Positions 15,900 through 30,900 are shown, numbered from the stretch's first letter. The stretch: DNA of 64,000 nucleotides from Eledone cirrhosa (GCA_964016885.1 OZ024746.1:72602001-72666000), one strand, 5' to 3'. A program made the numbers and translations. Notes: generated from the sequence alone by a model not told the origin.

Positions 15900-16650
15900 A
15901 CGTATTTCATTGCTATTACGCAATCATCTACGAGAACTGGATAGGATCATTGTTTTCCTTATTCACTCTCTCGTTTAGCAAATTATCAGAGATAAATGAA
16001 ATAATATACAATTACAAATATATTTTAAGAATAGAAAAAATGCCCGGCTCTCATACTCCGCTCCGGTTAACCTGGGAATTGGTGTATGTAAAATTCTGGA
16101 ACGAAGCACTGGTTCCCATATGGACTCCAAAGAATTATTGCGATTTGATGAAGCTGCTACCAGTGTATCCTGATAGGAACTGTGGCAGAAACGATCCTTC
16201 GGCTTCACCTATGGTGCTTGTCAAAAATAGTTAGTAGCGTTTGCTTTCTTTGTCGAAAGACTTGATGAGAAGGAAAGAAATGTTCCGAAGTCTAACAAAA
16301 GAAAAAATAAGGGGATGAAGTAGGTCGAAGGGAAAGGAATGGCTTTAGGCAATACAGAACTGGGTGAGTTCATTACGAAGAAAACAAATAACTTTTTTCC
16401 ATTTGCTCGACATTATCCCAAACAATTTTGATTTTTGCACTGACGACAATATCAAAACATCTGTTGATGCCCTGAAAGTTGTGAATGACACTGCTCAGCG
16501 AGGAGGTATTTATCACAAAAAGAGGTTTAATTATTCTATGAAGAACGAAAATCAGAAACAGCTCCTCCTAAAAATTGTTGCGGAGCAAAGGAAACAAGTG
16601 CTCGAGAGGACAAATCGAGCTGTTTCTAGTTATAAATTTCATTCATAAAA
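15900..16650 (+). mobile_element. DNA-transposase remnant, superfamily not assigned
   Basis: YVKFWNEA, VAFAFF, LKVVNDTAQRG...NENQKQLLLKIVAEQRK resemble the VVND.AERGV-type transposase C-terminus; frameshifted. Confidence 0.55.
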
Positions 16651-17374
16651 ATTGTTTCTCTATTTAACCCCAATATTATGGTGTATTTAGAACGTATTCC
16701 TCCTGCTTGTTTTCATTGTATTTCGTTGTCTTATGGTCTCCTCGTTGGATTCAGTGAAATAAACAGAAAGGACAATTACCCAGACCAGATACAGAAAATC
16801 GTCATAAATAAAAAGATGAGAAAGAGTGCAAACTCTAAATATTATTCGGTTGACCTATAATTCGGCATACTTCGTTATTTCATAAACTCGAACACTGGCA
16901 TAATCAACATGCATTGATTGCTGAATAGTTTGCAAAATAGAACACTTTACTGTTGATATTATATAGAGAAATATGAACAGAAAACAAAGTATTGATATCA
17001 TAACACGACAATGACATCGTCAATAGAGACAGATAGAAATAATAAGTTACATAAAGACCTGTGGTTTGGTAGTTGTGGTTACAGTGTTGGGCTCATGATC
17101 GTAAGGTCGTGAGTTCAATTCTCGCGCCGGGCGATGTGTTGTGTTCTTGAGTAAAGGCACTTCATTTGCCGTTGCGCCAGCCAACAATCCCTCGGCTGAA
17201 AAAATGAGTATAACCGTCAGCAACAGCGGCAACAACTTATATTAATCTTGTGATGGAAACCTGTTCACTTCAACGTTTTTTTTTATATTTATTTACGAAC
17301 ATTCCATCATAATTTTATGTAAGAACCTTTGTTAAGTTATATTCCAACACCAACTTTTTCTATGGAGGGTAGTA

Positions 17375-18572
17375 TAGACACACCGCACCACCTGCTTTAA
17401 TACTACCACCTGGCCCATGAGTACCTTTAGCGGAGTTTTCTCTATTTCAAGCATTTAAACATAGTCTTCAGCTTTTGAACTTCGTGGCCTCTCAACAGGT
17501 CAACACTTACGCAATTGATTGCTCCATGATGTCTTTTTCCAATCTACAGGCGCATACTCAGAGCAGACCCGTTCACTCGGACCATGTTCGCCACTCTCAT
17601 ACACCTTCCAACAAATTTGCTGGAAGACAGCACTTCCCTCTCCACAATTTCGTTTTCAAATGAAACTTGAAAAAGTCTATGAAAGCTTTAGCAAAGACGA
17701 AAGTGCCTGTCTTCATCATTTTTAATGTTTGATACCACAGAACCTCTTTTGCAATAGCCACCAGATAAATAAAAACTGCCTTCCTTTCCTGACTAAAGGA
17801 TGGCGGCAGAGCGAACTTTGCAGGGAACTCAGATGATAACCGGATTCGTTCTACACGTGATGGCAGATGTTCGACGTATTCCACCAGTCAGCAATGCTCG
17901 GGCATTGGACAAGTGCATGTAGGACGGTTTCGTCGCCCTGCATGCATCTCGGACAGGCCATACAGACAGTATTTCCGTGTCTATAGAGTTTCACTCGAAC
18001 CGGCAATGTTCTTCACCCTTCGTAACTCTGCCAGAACGAAGATTTCTGGAAATTATCCATGGATCCTGAACCATAAGTCCTCCGGAAAAAAAAACTTGAT
18101 ATTACTGGCCACCCTGCTCGTCACTTCATCTCAGTTCTTGCCCACCTGGATATCTGGACCAAACCGAACCGAGCAAGTTTACCAGTCCGTCTCTCGAGCG
18201 TTACACGATACGGACCTTCCGCATCCTAAATTGGGTGAGATGCCTCATAACGTCTATAGTTTCTAAAATAGTGGGTCTGGAAGCAATGCACATGGAAGAG
18301 ACCTGAGGAGCCAGGCTTGACTGGCCGAGAGAATGGTACTAAAAGGCCCTTAGATGGTCATTAACTCTGACCACCAAGATGTTACTGTAAATTGCAGTGA
18401 TTCTTTCCCTGGCGATGAGATTGAAACCGGTCAACGTGAGGACAGATGCAAAGTACTGATGGTCAACCTTATCTAAGTTAATCAGGATCCCACCCGTGCC
18501 AGTTTCCTTACTCTTTCTATGGTGTATCGCATGAAGTTGAGGTTTTCGTGGATGGATCTATTCGGAATGGCA
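17375..18572 (-). mobile_element. Tx1/L1-like LINE RT remnant, heavily decayed
   Basis: - strand AIPNRSIHENLNFMRYTI, DKVDHQY and a C-terminal AKEVLWY...FFKFHLK segment. Confidence 0.6.
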
Positions 18573-18872
18573 ACTTCTTTGATAATAACTACCTTTATTT
18601 TTGCCATCACAAAACAAAATTATATTTTGATAAAGAAAGAAAGGAGATTTGACTGCTATTTCTAGCAGCCCGACTGAGCATGTAAAAATAGATTCATTTC
18701 GTTGCTGATGGTGATGATGATGTCAGACAAGTTCCGACTTTTAAAAAAAAAAAAGCAACTTCTGAAAAGAGTCAAGGGGGAAGTAATAATTGAAAACAAT
18801 AATGCATTTAGAGTTACTTCCCTTGTCTATCGTCATGTGGCTAGTGATTGTGTAGAAAAACATTTAAACAAA

Positions 18873-19635
18873 ATGAATCAAACAAAACCAGTTTCTGAGA
18901 AGACCTCACCAGATTGGGTGTCACATTGTCCGCAATGTCTGCAACAGAGTCCGTTAAGACAAACTTCAGAGCCTACATTAGCCAAATCTGGGTCCAGTTT
19001 CGTTGCCGCTATACTTGTCTGGCTGAATAAACCACACGTTGTTAATCGCCGTTTGATCGGTTCACGGTTGATCACTACCTTATCTCATCACCCTCGTATC
19101 ACTTCAAAGGCAGAAATCCGAGCATTCATAGATACTGTAAAGGACAGATTCGCCCACGACAACCGACAGACGAGTGGATTTTCACTTCAAGAAAGCGTTG
19201 AAAAGGAGCAAAACTGTATAGATTTCACGACCGAAGGAGCTGTGGAAAGTGGACATCATAGGAAGAAGGAAGGCTGTCTAATGAGTGGAGATAGTGGTTA
19301 CCTTACGAACGAAGGCTGTGTAAGAAGTGACCGTAGTGAAGACCTCGCAAATGAAGGCAGCATAACCAGTAACCGTATTGAAGACCATACGAAGGAAGGC
19401 AGTATAAATGACCAAGCTGGACGCCATATGGACGAAGACAGTGTTATGAGTGATGTTACACATGAACAGGATGGCCACTTTGAAAATGAAGAAAGTGGTG
19501 TAGGGGGTCTTTACACCGATATACAGATTGAAAACCTTGTCACGTCCTCGCCGGAAGACCTGGTGGTTTTCGCTCGAGATTTGCTACCGAAAAATCTGGG
19601 TTTAAACCAGATCCTGCGAGAATTAGTTATCTACG
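18873..19635 (+). CDS. TRMT44: TRMT44 exon 1 (MNQTKPVS...RELVIY)
   Basis: Inside ORF 18702..19724; FVAAILVWLNKPHVVNRRLIGSRL motif; donor G|GTAAG at 19636. ATG 18873 chosen; upstream in-frame ATGs exist. Confidence 0.85.
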
Positions 19636-22600
19636 GTAAGAGAACGTTTGACGGTGTGTGTGTGTGTTGTTTTTTTTTTTCAACGTTATACATAAGCCAC
19701 CCGCAAGCTTTGAGCATTTATTAAGTTGCATGCCTGTACTTTCGGGTTTCAAATTCAGCAGAAGTTATACTTTCCATTCTATCTTTTATGGGGATCAATA
19801 ACATACCATGTTTGGTTTCGTGTTGTCTCGTGTGTCTCTTGTAGTCTTGTTTATATTAGAAACCCCCAAAACTCTACATACAACGGCCATGAGAGTGAAT
19901 TAGCAGTTTATATACATTGTCTTCTAATTACTATATGTCGTTCTACAAGCTAATTACTGTAAGTTCAAACCACATCCTACTCCACAAAGAAAGGCTTGAT
20001 AAAAATTAGATAACAATGATATTTCCTAATCGATTCAATCAAGTCACATTCTTTTGTATTCTTTTCGTAAAACATAGTCCTGTTTCCTGCCCAGGTCAAA
20101 ATAAAATGTTAGATATAGGTCGGTAACTACAGTGAAACATCTGAAACAACTTAATATCAAAACCAGATGAAGCCTGTTGATGTTATATAGAGAAATATGA
20201 ACAGAAAAGCATGGATATCATAACACGACAATTACATGGTCAATAGAGGCAGATAAAAATAATATTACGTAAAGACCCGTGAACAAGTAGTTGTGGTTAG
20301 AGTGTTGGGCTCACGGTGTGCTTTTTTGTCGTGACACCTTCACGACCACTTTACAGTGTGGGCTGGGTGCTTTTTTGCTGTCACATCACGACCACTTTAC
20401 AAGCCTGCTACAGAAACAAGAACTCAACACCTGATCTCGTTGGAATTATTAAGGACTACGTGGAGTTCAAACAACATTATTAGCCCTACCGTCCTGTCCA
20501 GTCCCCAGAGCCTGTTGGACGAACCCTTCCCTGGCTGACCTCCACCATTTTCTCTTTGCATTTGGTCATGTCAGGGTGTAGCCGTACTCACCAGGCTTGG
20601 AAAATCACGGATTCGTGAGGCTATTTAACTATAGTTGAGGTGGGTGTGCGTTGACTCTGAGAAGTTCATCCACCCTTTTAACAGCTCTTATTTGTGCTGC
20701 TGGGATTCCATTTACCATCCCCACCAGACACTGGTCTGGTGGGGGAGCTGGTTTAGTAACTGACCACATAAAACAGGTTGTAGTGTTACATGGTACCAGT
20801 GGTATATAGTGGTACTATAGACAGGTAGATACTAGTATATATATATATAATATACTAGTATATATATATATATATATATAATATACTAGTCATCATCACA
20901 TCATCATCATCTTCGTTTAACGTCCATTTTCCACGCTAGCATGGGTTAGACAGGAGTTGTCCCAATTTGAGTCAAGGTTGGTCGGGTGACCGTGTCTCGC
21001 TCATATAGGACTATCTGGCATGTTTTCTACGGCTGGATGCCCTTCCTAACACCAACCACATTTACAGTGTGGAACTGGGAACTCTTTACCGTGTTACCTA
21101 CACGGCCACATTACAGCGTGGACTGTGTGTTTTTTGTCGTGAGACCTACACAATCTCGATCTCATTATCTCATTTATTTGGACTGGATGTTGTGGTACCA
21201 ACTTTACAGAGAGAGGGTGGTGTTGATGGGAGTGGGAGGATAGGGTAAGGGTAGTGGATTGTGGTGTATATTTGGTTAAGAGGTGCCTACTGATTAGGTT
21301 TTGCTTTGTACATAGGCAAGGTGGGTCTTCTGTATTACTGCGTAGCGCCAAAGATCTCGGTCCAGTGACATTGTCTTAGAGAGGTGCAAGTGTGTAAGGT
21401 CGGAATTTATTAGATCGTCCCAGGTTTTTCTGGGTCTACCTTCTCCGTAACTACCATCAATTTTGATCGCCCTGCACTTTTTTAGACAGCTGTCTTTCAT
21501 GCGCATCGCATGGCCATACCAACGTAGTCTTCTCTCGAGTAAACAGCATCTCATCCTTCTTATTCCTAATTTCTCACTTAGTTCATTTATGCTTTGCCAT
21601 TCACATATATTACTATTACACATCCAACGGAGCATGCAAGCTTCGTTCCTTTCCAGTCTGCGCAGATCCTCTGCACACAATGCCCATGTCTCACTGCCAT
21701 GTAAACATTGCTGTTCATATGCAGGCATCATACAATCTGCCTTTCATTTTTAGAGAAACCTTTAGCGGCCAATAGTGGTATAAGCTCTCTGAACTTTTTC
21801 CATCCCGTTCTGACTCTGGCTACTGTACTTTCAGAGCACCCACCTCCACTGCTGATTTTGTCACCAGGTAACGGAAGGTGTCCACTATTTCTATAGAACC
21901 ATCTGGGCAATGGAAGGAGCTAGTATCCTGAGGGCACTTGCTACTACTTATTGCACCTGAGCACTGGCCACATATAAAATCTATGTTCTTAGTTAGCTTA
22001 CCTGTAATCCCACTACATCTTTTATGCTCCCATACTTTGCATTATTTGGGACATAAAATGGAGTTTCTGCCTACTCCTTTCCTACACACTGAGCATGGCC
22101 ATTTCCCAGAGGGGCCCAGTGCTCTATTTTCCTTCCTACATACTAGAACTTTAGTCTTAGACAAGTTAATTTTAAGGCCTTTTGGTTCTAGGCCATGCTT
22201 CCATGTTTGGAATTTTTTCTCTAGTTCAGCCATTGATTCAGCTATGAGCGTTAGATCATCTGCATATAGGAGTTCCCATGGGCAGCCAGTCTTGAACTCC
22301 TCTGTTATAGCCTGAAGGGCAATAATAAATAAGAGGGGGCTAAGGACAGAGCCCTGATGAACACCAACTTTTACGCTAAATTCTCACTGTATTCGTTGTT
22401 AATTCTAACCTTGCTGACTGTTTCTTTATATATGGCTTGTATAGCTCTCACAAGCCATTCATCAACACCTAGTTTTCTAAGAGCCCACCAGATAATGGAG
22501 CGGGGGACTCTGTCAAAGGCTTTTTCCAAGTCAACAAAAGCTAAGTATAGGGGTTTACTTTTAGCTAGGTACTTCTCCTGTAGTTGTCGTACAAGGAAAA

Positions 22601-24882
22601 GAGCATCTGTGGTACTTTTACTTGACACAAACCCAAACTGCATTTCATCTATATAGTTGCGCTATAACTCTTTCTGTGACCTTCATGACCTGGTCAACTA
22701 ACTTAATGCCTCTATAGTTTCCCCTATCTAGAGCATCCCCTTTACCCTTGTAGCAGTTAATGATGATGCTGCTATGCCAGTCTTTCGGTATGACCCCATT
22801 CTGTATTACTTGGTTAATTATACGGTTGACCGTAGTGTGTCCCACTATACCAGATGCCTTCAACATCTCAGTAACTATCTCCGAAGGTCCAGCTGACTTG
22901 CCTGTCTCCATATCTTTGATTGCCTTACTTATTATACTACCTTTAACTTGCACCGCTGGTCCTTCTATTGGATCGATTTGGGGCAGACTATCTTTTTCCC
23001 ATTTATTCTCCTTATTTAATAGTCTCTCATAGTGACACTTCCAGGCTATCTTCTTATCAGTATCAGTGAGTGCAAGTACACCATTATCATTACGGACACA
23101 CTTCTTCCCGACAATATCACAGTTTTCCTTGACACATTGTCTAGCAATCCTGAACACCTCACGTTTTTAGTCCTCATGTTGTAGAACATGCTTGAACTTT
23201 CTATCCTCTGCTACCCTTTTTGCAAGGTACACTTGTCTCCTAGCTTCTCTCCTGGCCACTTGATAGTGATCTCTACTTCCCCCATCCTGCCATACTTTCC
23301 AAGCCTGCTTTTTGGCCTTGGTTGTCTCTTCCACCTTACTGTTCCACCACCAAGTTACTCTCCTCCTGCCAATAGGTCTGCTCCAGCCACAGACTGACCT
23401 CATCCGTTGCTTTCAGCAGGTTCACTTTCGAGAATTACCACTGTTCCTCTATATCGCATGTCTCTAATTGCTCTTCTTTATTGTCAAAGGCATCAAGTAA
23501 TAAGCTTTTAAATTTGTCACTGGCTATGGGGTCTTTCAACTTCCATATTCTTCTCCTCAAGGTAGGCCTCCTCTGTTGTCGAGTACGTCTATTCCTGACT
23601 ATGAGGTCACTAACTACTAGGCTATGTTGGGAGGGGCATTCTTCACCGGGGAGGGATTTAGTGTTTACAACAGACACTTTGTCCCGTCTTCTAGTAAGGA
23701 TATAATCTATCTGGTTGGCGTGTTCCCTTGATCTATAGGTGATCAAGTGGTTTTCACGTTTTTTTAAGTTTGTGTTACAGATAGTTAGGCTATTTGCGTC
23801 ACAGAATTCCAGGATTCTGAAGCCCTCCTCATTTCTATTTCCAACCCCATGGATTCCATCATAGCCATCACTATGTTGTCCAATGTGACCATTTAGATCA
23901 CCAGCAATAATTAAGTAGTCGCTGTCGGTTATTTGGGAGGTAGTGTGCATTAGCATCTCATAGAACCTGTCCTTTATAACATCAGGTAGACCAGATTGGG
24001 GTGCATAAGCGGATATTATTGTCACAGTAGTTCTATTTAGAACTAGTCTTAATTTAATTATTCTGTCATTCACTCTATTTACGTCAATTACCTTATCTAC
24101 CCATTTTTCAGCTAACATAATTCCTACACCACCCTGTCATTTCCCACCCAGAAAAGTTTATAGCATCGTTTTTTACCCACGATGAATCTGGAAGAACCCC
24201 CCCCCCCCTCTCCATCTAGTCTCTTGAATACAACAAACATCAACTTCTTTACGTTCAAGCATCTCTACAACCTCATTTGAGCGACCTTTCAATGTGCCTA
24301 CGTTCATGGTACCAACTCTGAAGTTGGGAGGGTGGGATGGATGGGTTGGAGAGGCAGGGAGGAGTGTGGGAGACGAAATTTTGGTTGGTCATCCGTGTCT
24401 GAAATAAAAAGGGGTCCTTGTATTCTCGTCTTGCAGCGGGAGGTGAATTTATCTTTATCTGTGACATTATCATTGAGTGCTTAGACTTTACAAATTTCTG
24501 CAGTCCACCCATCAAACAGGTCTAAACTTAAGGAGTAGTAACCGAGGTGGTAGCTTTGCTATACTGATTTGTTAGAGAACTTACTAAAGCCGCTGAGTTA
24601 TGATTGGACCATATAGCAAGTGTATATATGTATATATATATACATAATATACTAGTGTATATATATATATAATATACTAGTATATATACACATATATATA
24701 TATAATATACTAGTATTTATACACATATATATATACATAATATACTAGTATATATACACATATATATATATATATGTATATATATATACATAATATACTA
24801 GTATATATATATATGTATATATATGTACATAATATACAAGTATATATACATATATATATATACATAATATACTAGTATATAT

Positions 24883-24933
<51 letters not shown>

Positions 24934-27900
24934 ATACTCGTACTTATATATAAACTATATATAGTTATAAACAGGAAAGGTCAGTATTTTTTTATTTTTT
25001 ACCACCTTATTACCAGTATGAAAAATAGCTCAATGTAAATACATCAGATGCCTTACAGAACAGGAATATAAAGTTCAAAACAATCAAAACTATGTTCAAT
25101 ACATTTTATTGCTGACAATCGTTTCTTCCAAACACCCATTTGGAATCATCGGAGCATTGGCAAAGTTTAAACACATAATTAAGTTCCTATTCCACAGAAC
25201 AATGATAAAGATACGTTGATATTATTGTTGTTATCAATAGTGTCATATTCAATGAGATTGAAGATGTTGTGGTCTGAAGCAATGGGTATAATAAAGATTA
25301 TAAAAGAAGGTTATTCTCAAAGGAGGACATTAGTGGTACATAGGCCTATAGACAGTAAGAGTGCAAAGGTATCAAGCATATACAGAATAACATGGAACAG
25401 AAATCAAAGGTATTAAGTATATACAGCATAATATGGCAAATATATCACAAAATATAGGTGTAATAGGATGAAGGTATTAAGCAGTCAGGAATGCATGGGT
25501 AGAATATTAGGTGAAAATTGTGAAGCAACTTGTGTAGTATACATATACAGAGTTTCGTTGATGCATGCGTTGAAAGTGGATCAGATAAACAAGTAAGTAA
25601 ACAATCTAAGCAGAAGTAAAGCTGTTGTGAATTACAAAAAGTGTTATGTAGTATTAAGATATGTATATGTAGTGAGATAATTATATTTAAAACAGTTTCT
25701 ATGTGAGTTTATGGTGGATGTAATGTGATAATTGTTCTGGTAATGTTTAAATGTAGATGTGTTGTAATTATAAATATTGAGGTTTCCTTTTCCATGTCAT
25801 TGGTTATTTAAGAAATGTTTTTAAATAGATACAATTATGGATTGTATATTACCCTTAATATAATCTGATTAAGGGTTAGAGATGTTCTGGAGTGACCTCT
25901 TTTTAGTCAGATATTAGATTTTTCGAGTTGGTGTGGTTATATGTCTAATAGTTTAAATTCAAGGACAATTTGCCCTCCCAAATCTGACATTGGAATTATT
26001 AGCAAAAAAATATTAGACAGAATCATCCCCAATTTAGGCAAAAAAATCTATCTTAACCTATGGGGAAATACTGGTGAAGTTATTGAATGGTTCAATAATA
26101 TTAATGGGAATAAAAATAAAAAATTTATCCAATTTGATATTAATTTGTACTACACCTCTATATCTCCTATCCTATTAAACAAGGCATTAATAATGGCTAT
26201 GAATAATACTGACCTGACTAGATCCCAAATCGATGTCATCCTTGCTGCCCGTAAAACCATAATTGTATTTGAAGATCAATTATGGACCCGCAAGGATACA
26301 CCTAACAACTTTGACATAACTATGGGATCTAGTCACTCGGCGCAGGTTACAGATTTGGTGGGTCTATACCTCTTAAATGAGATTCATAAGAATTTACCCT
26401 ACCTCATTGGTGGATGATGCACTACTACTTATTGATTATAAAAAATTTAATATAGAAAGAACTAGAAAACAATTGCATAAACTATTTAAAAACTTCAACT
26501 TAAGTATTACCTTAGATAGAAACACTAAACACATTAACTTCCTTGATGCTACCCTTTGCCTGGACTCTAAAATATATACACCCTTTCATAAACCAAATGA
26601 AAAACTACTTTATGTGAATACCAACTCTAACCACCCTAAATCTATATTAAACTCGATTACTAAAGGGGTATCTAATAGAATAACCTCTCTATCTTATAAT
26701 GAAACTATATTTAACAGAAATTCCCAATACTATAATGACGCTTTAGATAAAATTAAAGATAAAATTAAATTTTTACCTAAAAAATCATCTAATTATAACA
26801 TTATTTCACACAATATGGCCATGAATAAAATTAAAAGTAATAAAAGTACTGACCACTCTAACTCTAATATTAGGGGTAATAACAAAGTTAACTCACACCA
26901 AAATAAACATCCTAATAATAATAATAAAAATAGAAATATAACATGGCTTAGTGGTTAGAGCATTGGCCTTGCAATCGAAAGGTTGTGAGTTCAATTCTCA
27001 GACCGGTGATGTGTTGTTTCCTTGAGCAAGACACTTTATTTCACATTGCTCCAGTTTACTCAGCTGTAGAAATGAGATGACAGGTCCCTGTCATTCCACT
27101 GCAAAGTGGTCGTGGAGGTGCCACGGCAAAAAAGCACCCAGCACTCACTGTAAATTAGGTTGGTGTTAGGAAGGGCATCCAGCTGTAGAAATCAAGCCAG
27201 AATCAGTTCCCATCCCACCCTTGCAAGCAGGGCAAAGCACATGTAAAAAAAAAAATTAAAAAAACAATACTACAGCTAACTTTACAAAAAATAATCACAA
27301 AAATAGAAGAACTAATACATTTTTCAATCCTCCTTTCAATTTAAACGTTTCCACTAACTTGCCTAAGGCTTTCTTCTCAATTTTAGGAAAAAACTTCCCA
27401 GTCGGCCATAGATACCATAATCTTATCAATAAACATACTATTAAAATCTCTTATTCTACCACACCTAACATTGCGAACCATATAGCTAGTAGTAATAAAA
27501 GGAAGATTAATAATTATTTCCAAATGATTAAATCACAACATGAGGGAAACTTGCATAGCAACATAATACCAGAGAATTCTAGTAGCAATAATAATAATAG
27601 TAACAGCACTAATGAAACTAATAGCAATAGGAATAATAATTGTCATTATCCTAATACTCTCCCTAACAACCATGCATCTACACACCCTATTAACCAGCAA
27701 GTAAACAACCAAAATAACTGTAATTGTAAAACAAATAGAACTTGCCCCTTGAGAAAAAACTGCTTAATCAAAGACATTATATACTCTTGTACAGTCAATA
27801 CAAGTAACACCTCGAAAACATATATTGGTTCTACCTCGAACTGCTTCAAGACGAGATATAACTCGCATCTTCACACTTTCAAAAATCATAATCTAGCTAA

Positions 27901-30900
27901 CTCCGCTTCTTTATCTAACTACATAGACTCTTTGAAAACTAGGAATAGACCATACACACTACAATGGGAACTTGTAGATAGGGCCACTTCTTATAAACCA
28001 CCAAATAGATTCTGTAACCTCTGTCTTTTAGAGTCTCGCACTATAATCTATTTTTTAACTTTTACGTAAGCATTTTTTCCAATATATTTTCAGATCAGCT
28101 ACGTCAAGAATTCCATTTTTGTCCAATAGCAAGGTTCGACAGAGAAGGTACTTACCTCTCTGTTGACAATGATGTGCCTTACAGTTTCAGATATTTGACA
28201 TCAGACTCAGGCAGCAGGTGAGAAAGTATATATTGTCGTTATGTCAGAAAAAAATGGCTGGACCCCTTGGGGACCACACAGAGGAGACTCACACCTTGGA
28301 TATTGGATTATAATAGATCTGATATAAGGGCCTCCAAGAGAAATTTTGCTAGGAGATACAAGACCCCTTTGAGGCCAAAAGCAGGCAAAGATGTTTCTCA
28401 AAATGGATGTTGCTTGGTTGCTGTGGGACCTTCTTAGCTCTTGGGCCCCGAACAAAGTACCAGCTGGACCCCCTGCCAATATGGCAGTTTGAAGTGAACT
28501 TAATGTTCTAGACTCTAGCCAGTTTTTCTTGTAAGACATCTTAGGCACAGATATGGTTGTGTGGTGAAGAAGATTGTTTTGCAACCATGTGGATTCCGGT
28601 TTGAACCTGTGTGACATTGTGAGCAAATGTGTTCTACCATAGCTTTTGACCAACTACTTCCTTGTGAGAGGGAAATTAATAGACAGAAACTGGGTGAAAA
28701 CCTGTTGTGTGTGTGTGTAAACAAGTAATTTTGTTTTGAAACAGCAAGTGAGTTTGAAAATAGAAATAGAAGCTTTCGCCATATCTTTTACTAAAGAAAT
28801 TTTAGCCTGATAGTGGAGTTTAGAACCCTCTAAGAAATGGAAAAAGATGAGTATTGATGTATATATATATATATGTATGTATGTATATACATGTATATTT
28901 ATATATATACACACACACACATATATATGTATATATATATATACATACATATGTATATCATCATCATCATCACCGTTTTACGTCCATTCTTCCATGCTAG
29001 CATGGGTTAGACGGGTTGTCCTGTTGTGGGCAATGTTAGGTCGGCTGACCATGTCTTGCTCATATGGGAACTGATTATATATATATATATATATACACAT
29101 ACATACAGGATGTTGTTGGAGATAAGTGTGTCTGGAATGATGCTGGTGTACTTAGTGTCATGAATGATCAGAAAAAGGAGGTCTTGAAATGTCATTATGA
29201 GAGACTGATGAATGTGGAGAACGAATGGGAGAGAGAGAAATTACCCCCAGTGGACCCGACAGAGGGACCATCTATTGAGATTGACGAATATAGGGTCCAA
29301 GAGGCAATTAAGGAAATGAAAAATGGTAAGGCCGCTGGACCGTCAGGGATAGTTGCTGAGATGCTGAAGGCATCAGGAGAAGTAGGCACTAAACTGGTTG
29401 CACGCATCATCAATCAAGCTATATATGGTGGTGTCATACCCAAAGACTGGTGCAGCAGTATTCTCATAAATTGCTACAAATGTGAAGGGGATGCTCTGGA
29501 AAGGATCAATTATAGGTGCATAAAGCTGATGGATCAGGTTATGAAAGTGGCAGAGAGAATATTAGCGCAACTAATTAGAGAAAGGGTCAAATTAGATGAG
29601 ATGCAGTTTGGTTTTGTGCCTGGGAAAAGTATAACAGATGCCTTCTTCTTGGTGAGATAACTACAAGAGAGGTTCTTAGAGAAGAATAAGCCACTTTACT
29701 TAGCTTTTGTTGACCTAGAGAAGGCCTTTGATAGGGTACCCCGATCTGTCATCTGGTGGTCCCTGAGGAGGTAAGTTGTTGAGGAATGGCTTGTGAGGAC
29801 AGTGCAAGCTTTGTACAGAGGTGCTGTCAGTAAACTGAGAGTAGGAATGGAGTTTAGTGAAGAATTCCAGATACAAGTAGGAGAACATCAAGGTTTGGTC
29901 CTCAGCCCGCTCTTGTTCATTATAGACCTCCAAGCCATAACAGAGGAGTTTAAGACTGGCTGCCTATGGGAACTTCTCTATGCTGACGATCTGGTTCTTA
30001 TAACAGAATCAGTAGAGGACTGGGAATGAATATAGCTAAGACAAAAGTGTTGATAAGTAGAAAAGAGGACAAAACTCTGATTCCATCAGGGAAATGGTCA
30101 TGTTCGATATGTAGAAAAGGAACTGGCATAAATTCTATAAAATGCACACAAGAGATGTAGTGGGATAGCAGGCAAACTAACAGGTAGGGAAAACTACGTA
30201 TGCAGTAGATGTACAGGGAAATTTGACAGTAGTAATCGCAGTGATACACATTTTTCAAATGCAGGTGGGTTCTATAGAAGTGGTTGATAGCTTCCGGTAC
30301 CTAGGTGATCAGATTAGTATGGGAGGGGGGAGTTCCGAGCCAATATTATCTAGAATAAGGACGGGTTGGAAGAAATTTAGGTAGCTGCTTTCTCTGTTGA
30401 CAAAGAAGGGTATCTCCCTGCGTACGAAAGGCCGGTTATATGATGCCTGTGTGAGATGTGCGATGCTGCATGGTAGTGAGACATGGGCAGCAACTGTAGA
30501 GGATATGCGGCGGCTGGAGAGAAATGAAGCAAGCATGCTCCATTGGATGTGCAATATGCGTGAACGACCAAGCATAGATGAGTTGAGAGAGAAACTGTGT
30601 ATAAGAGGGATAAGTTGTGGTGTGCGGGAGAGAAGACTGAGATGGTATGGACATGAGATGTGCATGGAGGATGGCCGCTGGTGCAAGAAATCCCAGTAGA
30701 GGAAGACCACGAAAAACATGGGCGGACGTGGTGTGAGCAGACCTCAGATCACTGAAGCTCATGGAGGAGATGACGAAGGACCGTGACAAATGGAGAGATG
30801 CTGAATAGGACACGTCCCACCCTTGCAAGCAGGGAAAAGCGGATGTAAAATGATGATGATGATGATATATATATATATATATATATGGAGCAAGTTTTTG

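Larger units (their letters stand above)
24970..28050 (+). mobile_element. Penelope-like element (probably Naiad-type): RT + GIY-YIG on +, inverted pLTR/3' region with hammerhead on - (about 24970..25960); SINE inserted at about 26943..27260
   Basis: FIQFDI..YYTSIS, FDITMGS, FLDATL, KPN...YVN..SNHP, FNPPF, KISYST, CNC..CPL..CL, YIGST..FKTRY..H, CNLCLLE motifs; frameshifts. Confidence 0.88.

Noticed and set aside
18702-19724. 340-aa ORF as a standalone gene
   Set aside because: It is TRMT44 exon 1 plus flanking UTR and intron read-through; a strong donor lies at 19636.
26405-26425. In-frame TGA in the PLE RT as possible selenocysteine (some Naiad PLEs encode selenoproteins)
   Set aside because: The TGA results from a deletion or frameshift at the Y-R-D-D motif, not a Cys position. 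The other copy's stop is TAA, and no SECIS was recognised.
26943-27010. tRNA gene
   Set aside because: A/B boxes are present but there is no complete cloverleaf; it continues into a SINE body found in many copies.
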